63,896 bases of DNA, filler included, from Octopus bimaculoides (GCF_001194135.2; 5 parts of 5 records of this genome joined end to end with filler, not necessarily neighbours in it), one strand, 5' to 3'; counted from the first letter of the whole stretch, positions 1 to 12,190 are shown. Program-made: numbers and translations. Notes: generated by a model not told the origin, from the letters alone.

Positions 1-38
<38 letters not shown>

Positions 39-346
39 CACACATACATACATACATACATACATACATACATACATACATACATAATACATACATATGT
101 CTGTTTGTGCATTGATGTTGTTTGGGCATAAACGCAAGCACGCGGAGGCTTAAGCACACGTGTGTGTATGTACGTTTGTATGAATGTAAATATGTACATG
201 TGCATGTATGTATAATAGACATGAATGTTTGTATGTATGCACGTATGTATACTGTTTTTGTATTGACCACAAGCAAAACACGAATTTGACACAAGTGTGA
301 CAAAATTTAAGAGAACAATAAGAGTGAAGAAAGCGCTACGACCGAA

Positions 347-400
347 GAAAGAAAGAAGAAGAAGAAGAAGAAGAAGAAGAAGAAGAAGAAGAAGAAGAAG

Positions 401-430
<30 letters not shown>
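347..430 (+). repeat. (GAA)n microsatellite just upstream of the gene 1 promoter
   Basis: Near-perfect GAA run read directly. Confidence 0.95.
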
Positions 431-431
<1 letters not shown>

Positions 432-447
432 CCGATAACACAAGTTG

Positions 448-620
448 TTTAGCAAGGTTGTCTAGCAGTTGGGTGGAGGCCATTTTGCTTAAAGAACAGT
501 GACCACATTCTGAGTCAGTTAAACATGAACTCGGATAATTACCCAAACCCTAAACCTGATTGGTACCATATCACTGCAAGTTACTATATAAGAGACATAT
601 TTTTTCAAGCAACTCAGTCA
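448..620 (+). promoter_or_regulatory. Proximal promoter of CBM14 gene 1
   Basis: TATATAAG at 585-592, initiator-like TCAGT at 614-618 (about 30 nt from TATA), reverse CCAAT (GATTGG) at about 558-563, TGAGTCA at 511-517. The region aligns by eye with 18712-18857 upstream of paralogue 2. Confidence 0.7.
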
Positions 621-711
621 GACATAGAGAGGTTACCAGTCTGTTGTGATAACGTTATTGCAAGCAATTTATTTTAATTCTCCGGTTTTACAGGGTATAA
701 AAATTATAACA

Positions 712-988
712 ATGGAGTTTCGTGTTGCAGCCGCCGTTCTCTTGATCGCAGTGTCAGCAGTTTTTTGTGAAGATATCATGACTTTGTGTAAAAATACAGA
801 AATAAGAGTCGGTTCACATTTCGTTCGATCACCGAGAAACTGCAGTGAGTTCTTTTCATGTAACTATGTATATACTGACGCACAGGCATGCGGAAAAGGC
901 ACGGTGTTTTCGCAGGCACAGCAGGTCTGCGTGAGAAAGAACAGCCAGTATGATGACTGCAACCGTCAGGTTTCTGGAGGGAAATTCA
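712..988 (+). CDS. CBM14 gene 1, coding exon 1: signal peptide + peritrophin-A chitin-binding domain 1
   Basis: MEFRVAAAVLLIAVSAVFC signal peptide, then six Cys spaced C-x17-C-x5-C-x9-C-x12-C-x9-C, matching the peritrophin-A pattern. Ends at a phase-1 GTAAGT donor (989). 277 nt, identical to the paralogue. Confidence 0.9.
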
Positions 989-1004
989 GTAAGTTTCTTT
1001 TTTT

Positions 1005-1056
<52 letters not shown>

Positions 1057-1067
1057 CTTAAAAACAG

Positions 1068-1456
1068 TGGAGGCGCAATGGCCCAGTTGTTAGGTCAGCG
1101 GACCCGCTGTCATAGGATCGCGGTTTCGATTCCCAGACCGGGCGTTCTGAGTGTGTGTTTATTGAGCGAAAACACCTAACGCTCCACGAGGCTCCGGCAG
1201 GGGATGGTGGCGAACCCTGCTGTACTCTTTCACCACAACTTTCTCTCACTCTTACTTCCTGTTTCTGTTGTGCCTGTAATTCAAAGGGTCAGCCTTGTCA
1301 CACTGTGCCCCGCTGAATATCCCCCTAGAACTACGTTAAGGGTACACGTGTCTGTGGAGTGCTCAGCCACTTGCACGTTAATTTCACGAGCAGGCTGTTC
1401 TGTTGATCGGATCAACTGGAACCCTCGACGTCGTAAGCGACGGAGTAACAACAACA
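1068..1456 (+). mobile_element. tRNA-derived SINE (family also at 23687-24025 and 47717-48095)
   Basis: A-box-like TGGCCCAGTTGTTAGG and B-box-like GGTTTCGATTCCC, AAC-rich tail, three similar copies in the window. Confidence 0.85.
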
Positions 1457-1813
1457 GAATAATAATAACAACAATAAAAGCAGCAACAGCCACAACAGCA
1501 ACAATAATGATGGTGATGGACCTTCCCGTCGAAAATGATGTACATGTTTTCAGTTTCTTTGCCGAACAGTTTGCACAAATAATTCGTTTATAGTGATCAA
1601 AAGTATGTGCTGTACAAGAGTTCACTGCCTCCGTCAAATCGACGTTGCCTCAACAACAGATGCATGGTTTACCACACATCAAGTGTTGAAGCGTTTGCCG
1701 ATCAACGTGAGATGAAGTGCTTTGCTCAAAAACACAACGCACCACCTAGTCTAGGAATTGAAACAGCGATCTCGAGATCCTGAGTACAACACCTTAACCA
1801 TTGGGCCATAGTA

Positions 1814-1923
<110 letters not shown>

Positions 1924-1926
1924 AAT

Positions 1927-2200
1927 GCCAGGATGCAGTACCAGGAAGTGGCTCTCATGGCTTCTGATTTTAATTGATTGGAAGTGTTACCACGTGCATT
2001 GTTTTGTCTTGGTATAAAAGATGGGCTACAGCAAATATTCTGCTCAATACCACAGATTTGCTTGTCAGTTGTTTGACTTTAACCAGTTGGGAATGTCCCT
2101 TGGTTGCTGACGATATGTGCATCTCTGATCACAAGCAAAAGTAGTGGGGGACTATCATAGCCACGTGTTAAATGGAATTCTTTGGGGTTTGGATAATTAA
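1927..2200 (+). mobile_element. Partial copy of an (AAT)n-flanked element, probably a Dong/R4-like LINE 3' UTR derivative
   Basis: Inverted homology to 2530-2816 and 20690-20860; flanked by AAT/GAT repeats. Family assignment is inference. Confidence 0.6.
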
Positions 2201-2223
2201 CCTTTGAAAACATCATCATCATC

Positions 2224-2302
<79 letters not shown>

Positions 2303-2304
<2 letters not shown>

Positions 2305-2816
2305 GAGTGAGACATCAGTGCATGTCATCAAAGTGACACTGGAGTAAAATATACGAAGCCCAGTATACCCATCATGAATACCTACCTGATAAGGGTTGAC
2401 CAGACACATGCATCACAACCATATGTTGGCGGCATGTTGATCTCATATCAAGACAAATAGTGCATGACTTTGCAGATGGGGCCCAGTTAGAATTTTGTTC
2501 AGATCGAGTAGCCCCCTCCTGTTCAAAAAACCCCTCAATAAGGATTGTTTAAGGATGTTGAATGAAACATCCACATTTCCACAAGCGAATAATTCAAACC
2601 CGAAAGAATTCCTTTCAACACATAGCTATGATGCTCACCCACTACTTCTACTCGTGATCAGAGATGCACATATCGTCAGGAACCGAAGGACATAATAAGT
2701 TTAAACAACTGACAAGTAAATCTGTGGTATTGACAAAACAATGCCCATGATAACACTTCCAAGCAGTTGCGTTGAGAAGCCATTAGAAGCACTGCCTGGT
2801 ACTGCATCAGGGCATA
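2303..2816 (-). mobile_element. About 500 bp (AAT)n-flanked repeat element
   Basis: Homologous to 22387-22618, 22648-22904 and 52555-52815; (ATT)n on both sides. Confidence 0.7.
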
Positions 2817-2858
2817 TTATTATTATTATCATCATCATCATCATCATCATCATCGTCA

Positions 2859-2889
<31 letters not shown>

Positions 2890-2904
2890 CATTATTATTA
2901 TTAT

Positions 2905-3260
2905 TACCTCCACTTTAGCGAAGGCGGAGGTATTGCCTTCAGTCTTTTTGTTTGTTTGCTTGTCCGTGACAAGATATCTCAAGAACTGCGGGATGGATTC
3001 GAATGAAACTTTCAGGGATGTTTGGCCTCGTGACTGGCACGAACTGATTCAATTGTGGGTCCTATCCGCTACAAGACAAGGATTCTGGATTATTTGTTAT
3101 ATTCACTTTGCTTTACATGAAGTATTACGATCTTACGTTCACTTTCAAGTCCTTCTCTGATTATCTCCTTTGGAAGCACGTTCATAGTGGTTTCCACGGA
3201 AGCTATGGCGGCGTTGCTGTTTCTAAAGTTTATTCTCGTTTCTGTATTATTAATTTTACT
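2905..3260 (+). mobile_element. Non-autonomous Helentron/DINE-like element (tentative)
   Basis: TTATTACCTCC..GAAGGCGGAGGT start, GTTTGTTTGCTTGTC microsatellite, GGATGGATT..ATGAAACTTT core resemble HINE/DINE-type elements. Confidence 0.45.
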
Positions 3261-3479
3261 CGCGTCTCTATCTTAGTAGAAACTGATGGATAAAGAAATC
3301 AAACTACATAAACAAACAGCAGTAAAACCGTTCAGAGATTAAATAACACTAACATATTCAGTAACACTAATAGATTTAATTTTTAGTTTTACAATTTTTA
3401 GTTTAAACATTTTTGAATATACCGCTCCTGTTTAAAACTTCTTACCTACTTGACGATTGCATTTCTAGTTCTGCCTTGA

Positions 3480-3700
3480 AAGAAGCTTTACTTCTTGGAC
3501 TCACGTTTTTGTGCGCAACGATGTCGTTAAACTTCCGTTAGTAGCACCGTATGCAAGTCTTTTCCGTTTCCTTTCATACACGGATAAATTTTTTACTATA
3601 GACCTTAATGGTCATAAAGACGTTATATCAATGAATAGACTAGAAAAAGGCCTTCTTAGAGAAAACTATCCTTGTTCCCACTGCAGCCCACACACACAGC
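3480..3700 (+). mobile_element. Ty3/Gypsy integrase C-terminal remnant
   Basis: THVFVRNDVVKLPLVAPYASLFRFLSYTDKFFTIDLNGHKDVISMNRL matches the GPY/F region of Gypsy integrases. Confidence 0.75.
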
Positions 3701-3970
3701 ATTACAAACACGGCCCATACACTCACCATCACATTCCATGACTACCACTGGGATCGATCAGATACAAGAAAAGGCTTCGGTATTATTATTTTTCCAGTTC
3801 TTTTACTTAATTTTTGAGAGCAGTCGAGTTCATTTTTAGTATTGAGAGTTTGTGAGAGCAGTCGAGTTTATTTAAGATATTCTCATTTTAAAAATCATCT
3901 CTGGCTAATCGTTGAGAGGACATTGGTGTTGCCTTGGCGGAGGTTTGCGCTTTCTGAGTGCTCTGGTTGT

Positions 3971-4117
<147 letters not shown>

Positions 4118-4334
4118 AAATGCTGCGAGATGGCAGAGTCGTTAGCACGCTGGACGAAATGCTTAACAGTATTTCGCCCAGAGCTACGGTTTGAGTTCAA
4201 ATTCCGCCGAGGTCGACTTTGCCTTTCATCCTTTCCAGGTCGATAAATTAAGCACCAGTTGCGTACTGGAGTCGATGTAATCGACTTAATCCCTTCCCTC
4301 AAATTTGAAACCTTGTGCATCTAGTAGAAAGGAT

Positions 4335-4381
<47 letters not shown>

Positions 4382-4464
4382 TCATCATCATTATCGTCAT
4401 CATGGAGACGGCCTGCCGGTAGAATCGTTAGCATGCCGGACAAAATGAGCATCCTTTTCATTCC

Positions 4465-5200
4465 AGAGGCACAAGCATCAAATGTTAATTGACAAAATGG
4501 TAATATAGAATTGTAAGATAATACAGATTTGACCTGGATAGATTACCAAAGGACCAACACAAACAGACCAGAAAACCATGATTATCTAAGGAGTGTCAGA
4601 TAACACCACAACATTAATCTATGGCAGTATGAGACGACGGAATCACTAATAACTGGGACACAGTGTTTGGGAAATGTTAACATAAAACGAGGGATATTTC
4701 AGGGGAACAGTGTGCCGCCGATTTTATCCACCATAGCTCTCATTTACTTGTATATTACCAAAGGTAAAGCGTCAGCGATCAGTGGAGTAGCATAGGAAAG
4801 CTGACCCATCTACTCTATATGAATGTTTTGAAGTGGATCATTAAAAATGAGGAATTGTTGGACCGTCTAGTAATTAGTATTTTAAAAACATATTCGAATG
4901 GAGTTTGAACTACAAAGTACGCAGTATTAATTTTGAAGCGAGGAAAAGTGGTCCAATGTGAAGGTATACAAATACGAGGAAGTGGAGGAATGAAAGAATG
5001 TGAAGAGAGCTCAGGTTATAAATATCTGTGTGTGTTAGAGGATGACGGAATCAATACAGTGGAAAATGAAAGATGGGATTTTAACGAGAGTACAAATAGA
5101 TGATAAAGAGAATATTAAAGTCATAGTTGAATGATGGTAAGAAAATCGGCAAAATATTCAAGAGTAGCACCTCCTATTAGATATGGTGCAGGTTTATATA
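4465..5200 (+). mobile_element. Degenerate non-LTR reverse transcriptase fragment (RLE/Dong-R4-like)
   Basis: Motifs WIDYQ, NVNIKRGIFQGNSVPPIL and KLTHLLYMNVLK (degenerate GIFQGDSLSP and HLLYMDDLK). Confidence 0.7.
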
Positions 5201-5339
5201 TACATATATATATAGGGAGAATTCACAAAAAAAAAACAACAACAGACGAAGACAGGTGGTGTTGAAAACAAATATATGTATTAGTATAACGCTCGGAAAT
5301 TGAGAATGTCTTTAACGTTTCGAGCCTACGCTCATATAG

Positions 5340-5484
<145 letters not shown>

Positions 5485-6395
5485 CACATATATATATATA
5501 TCCGTTACTGTAGTTATCGTTTCTATCCTAAATTTTTCATCCTACTGACATGTTGTGGTCCTTTACTTTTAGTTCTCTTTTGTTCATCATTTCAGTGATA
5601 ATCCCTGTATCACAAGCACGCATATCTAGACAAGAAGTTCCAAGGATTTTAAAATCTTCGGATTTAAAACACGCCGAAACTACGTCTGTGTTCATGTCTT
5701 ATTGGCTGACGAGTGCTTTCCCATGCTTATATATATATATGTGTGTGTGTGAGTGTGTGTGTATGAGTTCGTTTGTGTGCGCGTATGTGTTTGTGTGTGT
5801 GTTTGTGTGTGTGCGCTGTATATTAGACATCATTACTTTTATAACAAGTGTAGAAAAGTTCTTATTCACTATGCCGCTGACACATTAATAATTCAAACAA
5901 ATAGTATAAACAGTTTATGATATATTTATATATATGTGTGTTTGGTGGTGGGGCTACGAGCATAATTATAATCGACTGAAGGTGAGTATGACTTGTGAGC
6001 ATCTACCATGTTTTCGCTCGTTGTGGTTGATGTGATTATTGTCGCAATCAAATATAGAACACTCTTTGCCTTCGCAAAATACACGCTTCGAAACTACGAC
6101 GATGTGACGACCAGAAAGGGGGAAAAAAACCACCAATACTCAACTGGTTGGAATCTCCTCTGTGCACACTGGCCTAACGTGTAACCATCAGCTCCATTAA
6201 TGGAAACCATCATCTACTGATCCTCAGACTAACCCGTTAAACCGTAGGCCGTGCTCTTTACTAAAATCTACACTCTCAAGCACACACTCACACACACACA
6301 CACACACATTCATACGCACACACAACACACACATACACCATCAAACACATATATAATTTAGTGTATGGGAAAATATGTTCTTCGAAACTGTTTTA

Positions 6396-6585
6396 TATTG
6401 GGTTGTCCGGAATGTTCTTGCCGATTTTTAAAGGAAAGAAAAAGGTCAATAAATACTTGCCATTACATTTTTAATCAACCAAATATGAACCATTTTGTTG
6501 CACAATGCGTCTCCATCCTTCCTTAAACTTGAAAATACCCTCTTCCCAGAAGTGATGTGGTTTCATGGCAAATAAGTCGAAAGGT
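6396..6585 (-). mobile_element. mariner 3' end (transposase C-terminus + TIR)
   Basis: Minus-strand FWEEGIFKFKEGWRRIVQQNGSYLVD*, followed by TA-TTGGGTTGTCCGGAATGTTCTTGCCGATTTT TIR-like end; cut by a gap. Confidence 0.8.
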
Positions 6586-7192
6586 ANNNNNNNNNNNNNN
6601 NNNNNNNNNNNNNNNNNNNNNNNNNNNNNNNNNNNNNNNNNNNNNNNNNNNNNNNNNNNNNNNNNNNNNNNNNNNNNNNNNNNNNNNNNNNNNNNNNNNN
6701 NNNNNNNNNNNNNNNNNNNNNNNNNNNNNNNNNNNNNNNNNNNNNNNNNNNNNNNNNNNNNNNNNNNNNNNNNNNNNNNNNNNNNNNNNNNNNNNNNNNN
6801 NNNNNNNNNNNNNNNNNNNNNNNNNNNNNNNNNNNNNNNNNNNNNNNNNNNNNNNNNNNNNNNNNNNNNNNNNNNNNNNNNNNNNNNTATATGTATGTAT
6901 GTATGTGTGTGTATATGTTTGTGTGTCTGTGTTTGTCCCCTTAACATCGCTTGACTTGACAACCGATGCTGGTGTGTTTAGATCCCCGTAACTTCGTGGT
7001 TCGGCTAAAGAGACCGATAGAATAAGTATTATGTTTCCAAAGAATAAGCTCTGGGGTCGATGTGTTCGACTAAAGGCGGTGCTCCAGCATGGCCGCAGTC
7101 AAAATGACTGAAACAAATAAAAGAACAAAAGGGAGGAAAAAGTGTGTTTTCGGAGATTTTATTAATATTTTATCAATATACTTTCTCTTCAG

Positions 7193-7372
7193 ATGATCCC
7201 CTCTGTAATACACACCCATCTGGAAATAACATTGACCCTCAAAGCTGCCATAGGTATGTTCCCTGTTTCAACCGTACTTCATACCCTTCCATGGCTTGCC
7301 AATCTGAGCTTTACTTTGACGTCGAAAAACAAAAGTGTACCGAAGAAATTCAATCAAGATGCAAACATCAAT
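7193..7372 (+). CDS. CBM14 gene 1, coding exon 2: peritrophin-A domain 2
   Basis: CTTTCTCTTCAG acceptor and GTAAGT donor, 180 nt, phase 1-1. (N)DPLCNTHPSGNNIDPQSCHRYVPCFNRTSYPSMACQSELYFDVEKQKCTEEIQSRCKHQ has six Cys spaced x13, x5, x10, x12, x7. Confidence 0.9.
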
Positions 7373-7977
7373 GTAAGTATTTGCTTTTCCATCCATTTTA
7401 CCATATATTTTTCTAGTAGTATTATTTCTGTAATTTCGTAGTCTGGAAATTTCTTGATTTCTGGAATTTCTGTAACGTTTCTGATTAATAAAACAGAAAT
7501 TAGACAACTTCTCTGTGATTCCATTCATTTTACCTCCAAACCTTTGTATCTACGAGGGAGAGCAAAATAGAATTTTCAGACAATTATTTTTTACTCAAAA
7601 TTATTATCGGAATCAACAATGTATGTCCTATAGAAATTGCCGTCTGATATAGAAACCACTGATTCTTTTAAAGTTAATTCTTACATTCCAACGCTTTTCC
7701 CAACATTTCTTAAGGCTCCATTAAATTGTTTTAATATACAAGGTTGGACAAAAGTCACCAGACAGTAAATCAAAACCATTCAATTACAAGATTTATTTAT
7801 GTTTAACAACTGAATGGATTTAATAAAAGCATCTCAATATGAAATGTTAAAAAAATTGATTAAACTGAAGCCCTTCTTGAGCGGCACATTTTTCTGTTCG
7901 AATCAATACAGAATTACAAATAGTATTTATAGAATTCTGATTTACTGTCGGTTGACTCTTGGCCAACCCTGTATATT

Positions 7978-8150
7978 TAACTTCTGAATTACAAAGCATC
8001 CAGTTCCCATTTCAGAGAGTTTACGACAGTGTTTATTTCAGAAGGGCTCAAATTAATATTGGAGAACAACCACTTCTCTTTCATAACAAACTATATATGC
8101 AAATAAAAGGAACAGCCATGGGCACCATAGTGTCCACAACATATAATAAT
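7978..8150 (+). mobile_element. Penelope-like RT fragment (shorter relative of 9900-10445)
   Basis: YMQIKGTAMGT motif; nucleotide similarity to 9900-10070. Confidence 0.7.
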
Positions 8151-8593
8151 GTATATTTAGTACTCAGGAATGCAGTTACTTCCCATGAATTTACATTATT
8201 TTATGAATTTTGTATTATACCCAGGTTTCATGATAATAATATAAGTTGGTTACTTTAAGGCAGCTAACTGGCAGAATTGTTACCGCGCCGGGGAAACTGC
8301 TTAGCGGCATGTCGTCTGTCTTCACCTTCTAAGTTCACGGGGGTCTAATTTGCGCTTCATCATTTCAGAGCCGATAAAATAAGAACCACTTAAACACTGG
8401 GGTCGATATAATCGATTTATCTCCTTTCTCAAAAATTCTGACCTTATGCCAAAATTTGAAACTATTTTGTTTCCATTTTTTCTTTTTTTGGTTCTTAGAT
8501 TTTCCATATGTAATAATTTTTTTAACACTGAATGTTAAATGTGACAACGTTTAAATCTTATAAATGACAAAATTTAATCTATTTACATTTCAG

Positions 8594-8720
8594 AAATGGT
8601 TTCCAGATTCAGAAATCATCACCCCAGGCGATTTTTTCTTTTGAACTAACAGTTTTCAAAGAACCGGTGATAAAAAATTCCGTATTTTCAAAGCAATAAA
8701 AATATTTTATAGCAATGTTC
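8594..8720 (+). CDS. CBM14 gene 1 terminal exon: AA of the split TAA stop (8594-8595) + 3' UTR
   Basis: TTTACATTTCAG|AAATGGTTT acceptor, with the same TTTCAG|AAATGGTTT at 25981-25995 in paralogue 2. AATAAA at 8695-8700. The 3' end coordinate is approximate. Confidence 0.7.
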
Positions 8721-9114
8721 AGCGTTTTGTCTTCTGTGTTCACAGCTTTTCTCTTGCTTCCAGTGGAATAATGCTTCAGGAGAAATGTTGATTGCTTCAG
8801 ATTATCTCCCCTTCTCATTGAGGGTCGACTGTAATTGCCTCTAAGCGCTTCATGCTCTTACCTTGTATGACATTTGATATTCGCTTTTTGTCCCTACATA
8901 AGTGTTGTGTGTGTGCGTCTGCGCTTGCGGGCGGACGTGTAATTGTGTACAGAGTATTCGGGATAAATTTGACAGTTTCTATAAAAGGAAACGAAAACAA
9001 TATTTCATCCATAATTAAAAGTATTTTTAAAAATCAAAAAATATCAAATAAATATTTGCTGGTATTTAATAGTTTATTCAAAGTAGTGGTACCCAGCTTC
9101 CAGTATGTCCTCAA

Positions 9115-9560
9115 GACGGTTCTGGAGCATGGTGCATGCGTTCCTCACCGTGTCCCTGGGAAGATTTTCGAACACCTCCTTCCTGTCTCAGGCAGAAGGG
9201 TTGGCGGCTTTCTCAACCGCTCTCCACTCATAGTAACCCATAAGATTACAATCAGAGAAATTAGGAGGCCGGAAATTGGTGGTGTTGAAGTCATTAACAT
9301 TTTCCAAGAATCATTTTCTGCCTCTTTCCGGTGATATGGTGAGGAGCAGAATCCTTCTGCTCCATATATTGCCTCCCAGCAGCAACCCTCGTCAGTCAAG
9401 GATTGACCACAGCCTCCAGCAGTCTCACATAGCCGTCTGGATTGAGTCTAAGGTCCCGTTCAAAGTTTTTGGACTGCATGACGTTCCCTTGATAGGTGAC
9501 ACTCGAAGACCATCACAGTTTGGGGGAACTTGGTTATAGTGATATCCATACCACGTCGTT
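9115..9560 (-). mobile_element. Tc1/mariner (maT/DD37D-like) transposase remnant
   Basis: Minus-strand QKDSAPHH and NFRPPNFSDCNLMGYYEWRAVEK (degenerate WPPxSPDxNPxDYxxW). Confidence 0.75.
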
Positions 9561-9899
9561 CAGCCTTTAAAACGTTAACAGAGCATTAAGCAGCAATCAT
9601 GAAAATCGGTATTTTGACACCCAGCACAAATCATCATTACACAGGTAATTCTTTTCCAATATTCAATTGTCTATATGTCCACCATATCAACTAAGTATTT
9701 CTCAATTACAATGTTTATCTTTATGCTCTCCAACGCCGTTGAATGATCAGCAATACATCAAGCTGTTTCTGGAAAAGGAGACATAAAGTTGCCGAATTTA
9801 CTCAGAACGCCTTCTATGTATGTATGTATGTATGTATGTATGTATGTATGTATGCAAGCTTATATACTAACGTCCCACACGAGTTAGGAATTGAAGCTG

Positions 9900-10445
9900 T
9901 TAACTTCTGAATTACAAAACATCCAGTTCCCATTTCAGAGATATTCCTGATAGTGTTTATTTCAGAAGTGCTCAAATTAATATTGGAGAACAACCACCCC
10001 TCTTTGATAACAAACTATATATGCAAATAAAAGGAACAGCCATAGGGACCAAAGTGTCCACAGCATATGCAACACTCGTTATGGGATACCTAGAGGCAAA
10101 ACAAATTTCCCAACTTCAGGAAACGTTCAGTCACGACTTCGTCTCCTACGTTAATAACAACTGGAAGCGTTACCTAGACGATTGCTTCATCTTCTGGGAT
10201 TAAAACCAAGAAGACCTGCAAAGATTCATTCCTTTCCATGATAAACAGGCTTCGTGAAGTAATACAATTTATCATGGAATGAACTAGAAAGGAACTACAA
10301 TTTCTGGATATCCTTATCATCAAAGAAGAAGAAAATATCAAAACAGACCTACTTTGCAAACCAACAGACTCACACCAATACTTAAATTTCCGATCAGCAC
10401 ACCCCTCACATACCAAAAGGAACATTCACTTTAACGTAGCAAGAT
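9900..10445 (+). mobile_element. Penelope-like element RT remnant
   Basis: QIKGTAIGTKVSTAYATLVMGYLE, WKRYLDDCFIFW, LQFLDILI, KPTDSHQYLNFRSAHP. Confidence 0.85.
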
Positions 10446-10710
10446 GCATTCTTTATTACTAACAATAAATTGGTCATTCGTAATCAAATTAATGACTATT
10501 AATTCAAAAGGACTGTAAGAAGTGAAGACGACCAATTTGTTGTAAATAATAAACAATTATCAAATTCCTAATCTCCATTTTCTTTTCTTCTTTTAAATGT
10601 ATATAAACTATGTGTGTGTGTATGTGTTTGTGTGTAAGTGTGTTGAATAAAACGAGACAACAAAGCCAAGGGTATGTGAAATTTCTAGGACATTTATAAA
10701 GAGTGGGGTA

Positions 10711-10758
10711 GTCTTACGTCTCTTTCAGCAATATAAAGGATATCACATCATCAGAGAC
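10711..10758 (-). ncRNA. Degenerate type I hammerhead-ribozyme-like motif in a probable Penelope-like terminal region
   Basis: Minus strand GUCU-CUGAUGA-U-[GUGAUAU/AUAUUGC 7-bp stem II]-U-GAAA-GAGAC-GUA-AGAC. Stem I is 4 bp; the 15.2-16.2 pair is broken. Confidence 0.5.
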
Positions 10759-11584
10759 GATATGAGACAGTTGAACAGAATGAAAAGTAGAGTTCAATAT
10801 AAGAAGTTATTTTGAAAAGGGATAGATATAAGAAGTATAAAGGAAAATATAAGAACAGAAATAAAAATATTTGTTGGATGTTATAGCTGCAGTTCCATTA
10901 TCCAAGGAATGTGCTGTGTAGAATGGGTAAAGAAGCTTCTTGTCCATGGTATGTAGCTTTCGATAGGAATTCATATTTTGTTATTATAAACGGATAGCTT
11001 GAAGATATTAATTCCATGTGCTGTTCATTCAAAGAGATCTATTGGGATACCAAAACCTCTCATATTATATATGTGTGTGTGCATGTGTGTGTGTGGTTGT
11101 CTTCACCGCCGTTTGACAACCAGTGTTGATTTGTTAAGCGTCGCCGTAACTTAGCGGTTCAGCAAAATAGACCGATGGAATAAGTAGCAGATCTAAAGCA
11201 AAATATCATTGGGGGCAATTTGTTCGACTAAGCCCTTCAATGTTGTACCCCAGCATGGTTGCATTCCAATGATTGAAACAAGTAAGAGATTAACAGATAT
11301 TTTTCCAAGACTTGAACCACGAACTAATGTTTTACTATAAAAGGAAAATTGTCACAATAAAATCTATAAATCCCTACTCAAATATGTATCGACCAATCAG
11401 CAATGGCTAACTTATTATGACAGAAAAAGCAAAACTTCAAGAGAAGTATCCGAGTTACCCCTCCAAACACTGTGGCCGAAGATTCTAGAAGGAAAGTTAT
11501 CAGCCATAAAAAAATAATTAAAAAATTCAACCTAACCGGAACCAGTAAATCGTCTAAGCGAGTCCATGCCGCTTATTTCAACAC

Positions 11585-11738
11585 AGGAGTGGCTGTATGG
11601 TAAAGAACTTGCTTCCCAACCGCATATTTCTGGGTTCAATCCTACTGCGTTGACTCTTGGACATGTCGCTTCAGCTATAGCCTTGAGACGACCAAAGCCT
11701 TGTGAGTGGATTTGGTAGACGGAAACTGAAAGAAGCCC

Positions 11739-11775
<37 letters not shown>

Positions 11776-12190
11776 GTATATCGATGTGAATGTATTGCCC
11801 CTCACAGCCACTCACATCACCGTTTGACAACCGGTGTTGGTGTGTTTACATCCCCGTAATTTAGCGGTTCGGCAAAAGAGCTCAAATTCTGTCGAGGTCG
11901 TCTTTGCCTCTCATCCTTTCGGGGTCGATAAATTAAGTACCAGTTGCTTACTGGGGTCGATCTAATCGCCTGATACCCTCCCCAGAAATTTCCAGCCTTG
12001 TGCCTAGAGTAGAAAAAAGGGTATTTCGTCCGTCTTTACATTCAGAGTTCAAATTCCTCCGACGTCGACTTTGCCTCTTATCCTTTCGAGGTCGATAAAT
12101 TAAGTACCAGTGAAACACTGGGGTCGATGTGATCGACTAGTCTCATCCCCCAAAATTTCAGACCTTGATCTTATAGTAGAAAGGGTTATT
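11585..12190 (+). mobile_element. Cluster of nested tRNA-derived SINE fragments
   Basis: GGAGTGGCTGT..GGTAAGAA head and repeated GACTTTGCC..TCATCCTTTCGGGGTCGATAAATTAAGTACCAG core seen many times in the window. Confidence 0.8.

Noticed and set aside
646-1179. 177-aa ORF with TTG start extending both sides of exon 712-988
   Set aside because: The real start is ATG 712 (matches the paralogue). The C-terminal part reads through a donor into poly-T and a SINE.
5302-5333. Hammerhead half (GAGC-GUAG-GCUC-GAAAC, minus strand)
   Set aside because: The CUGANGA strand is missing, cut by a microsatellite; cannot be a complete ribozyme.
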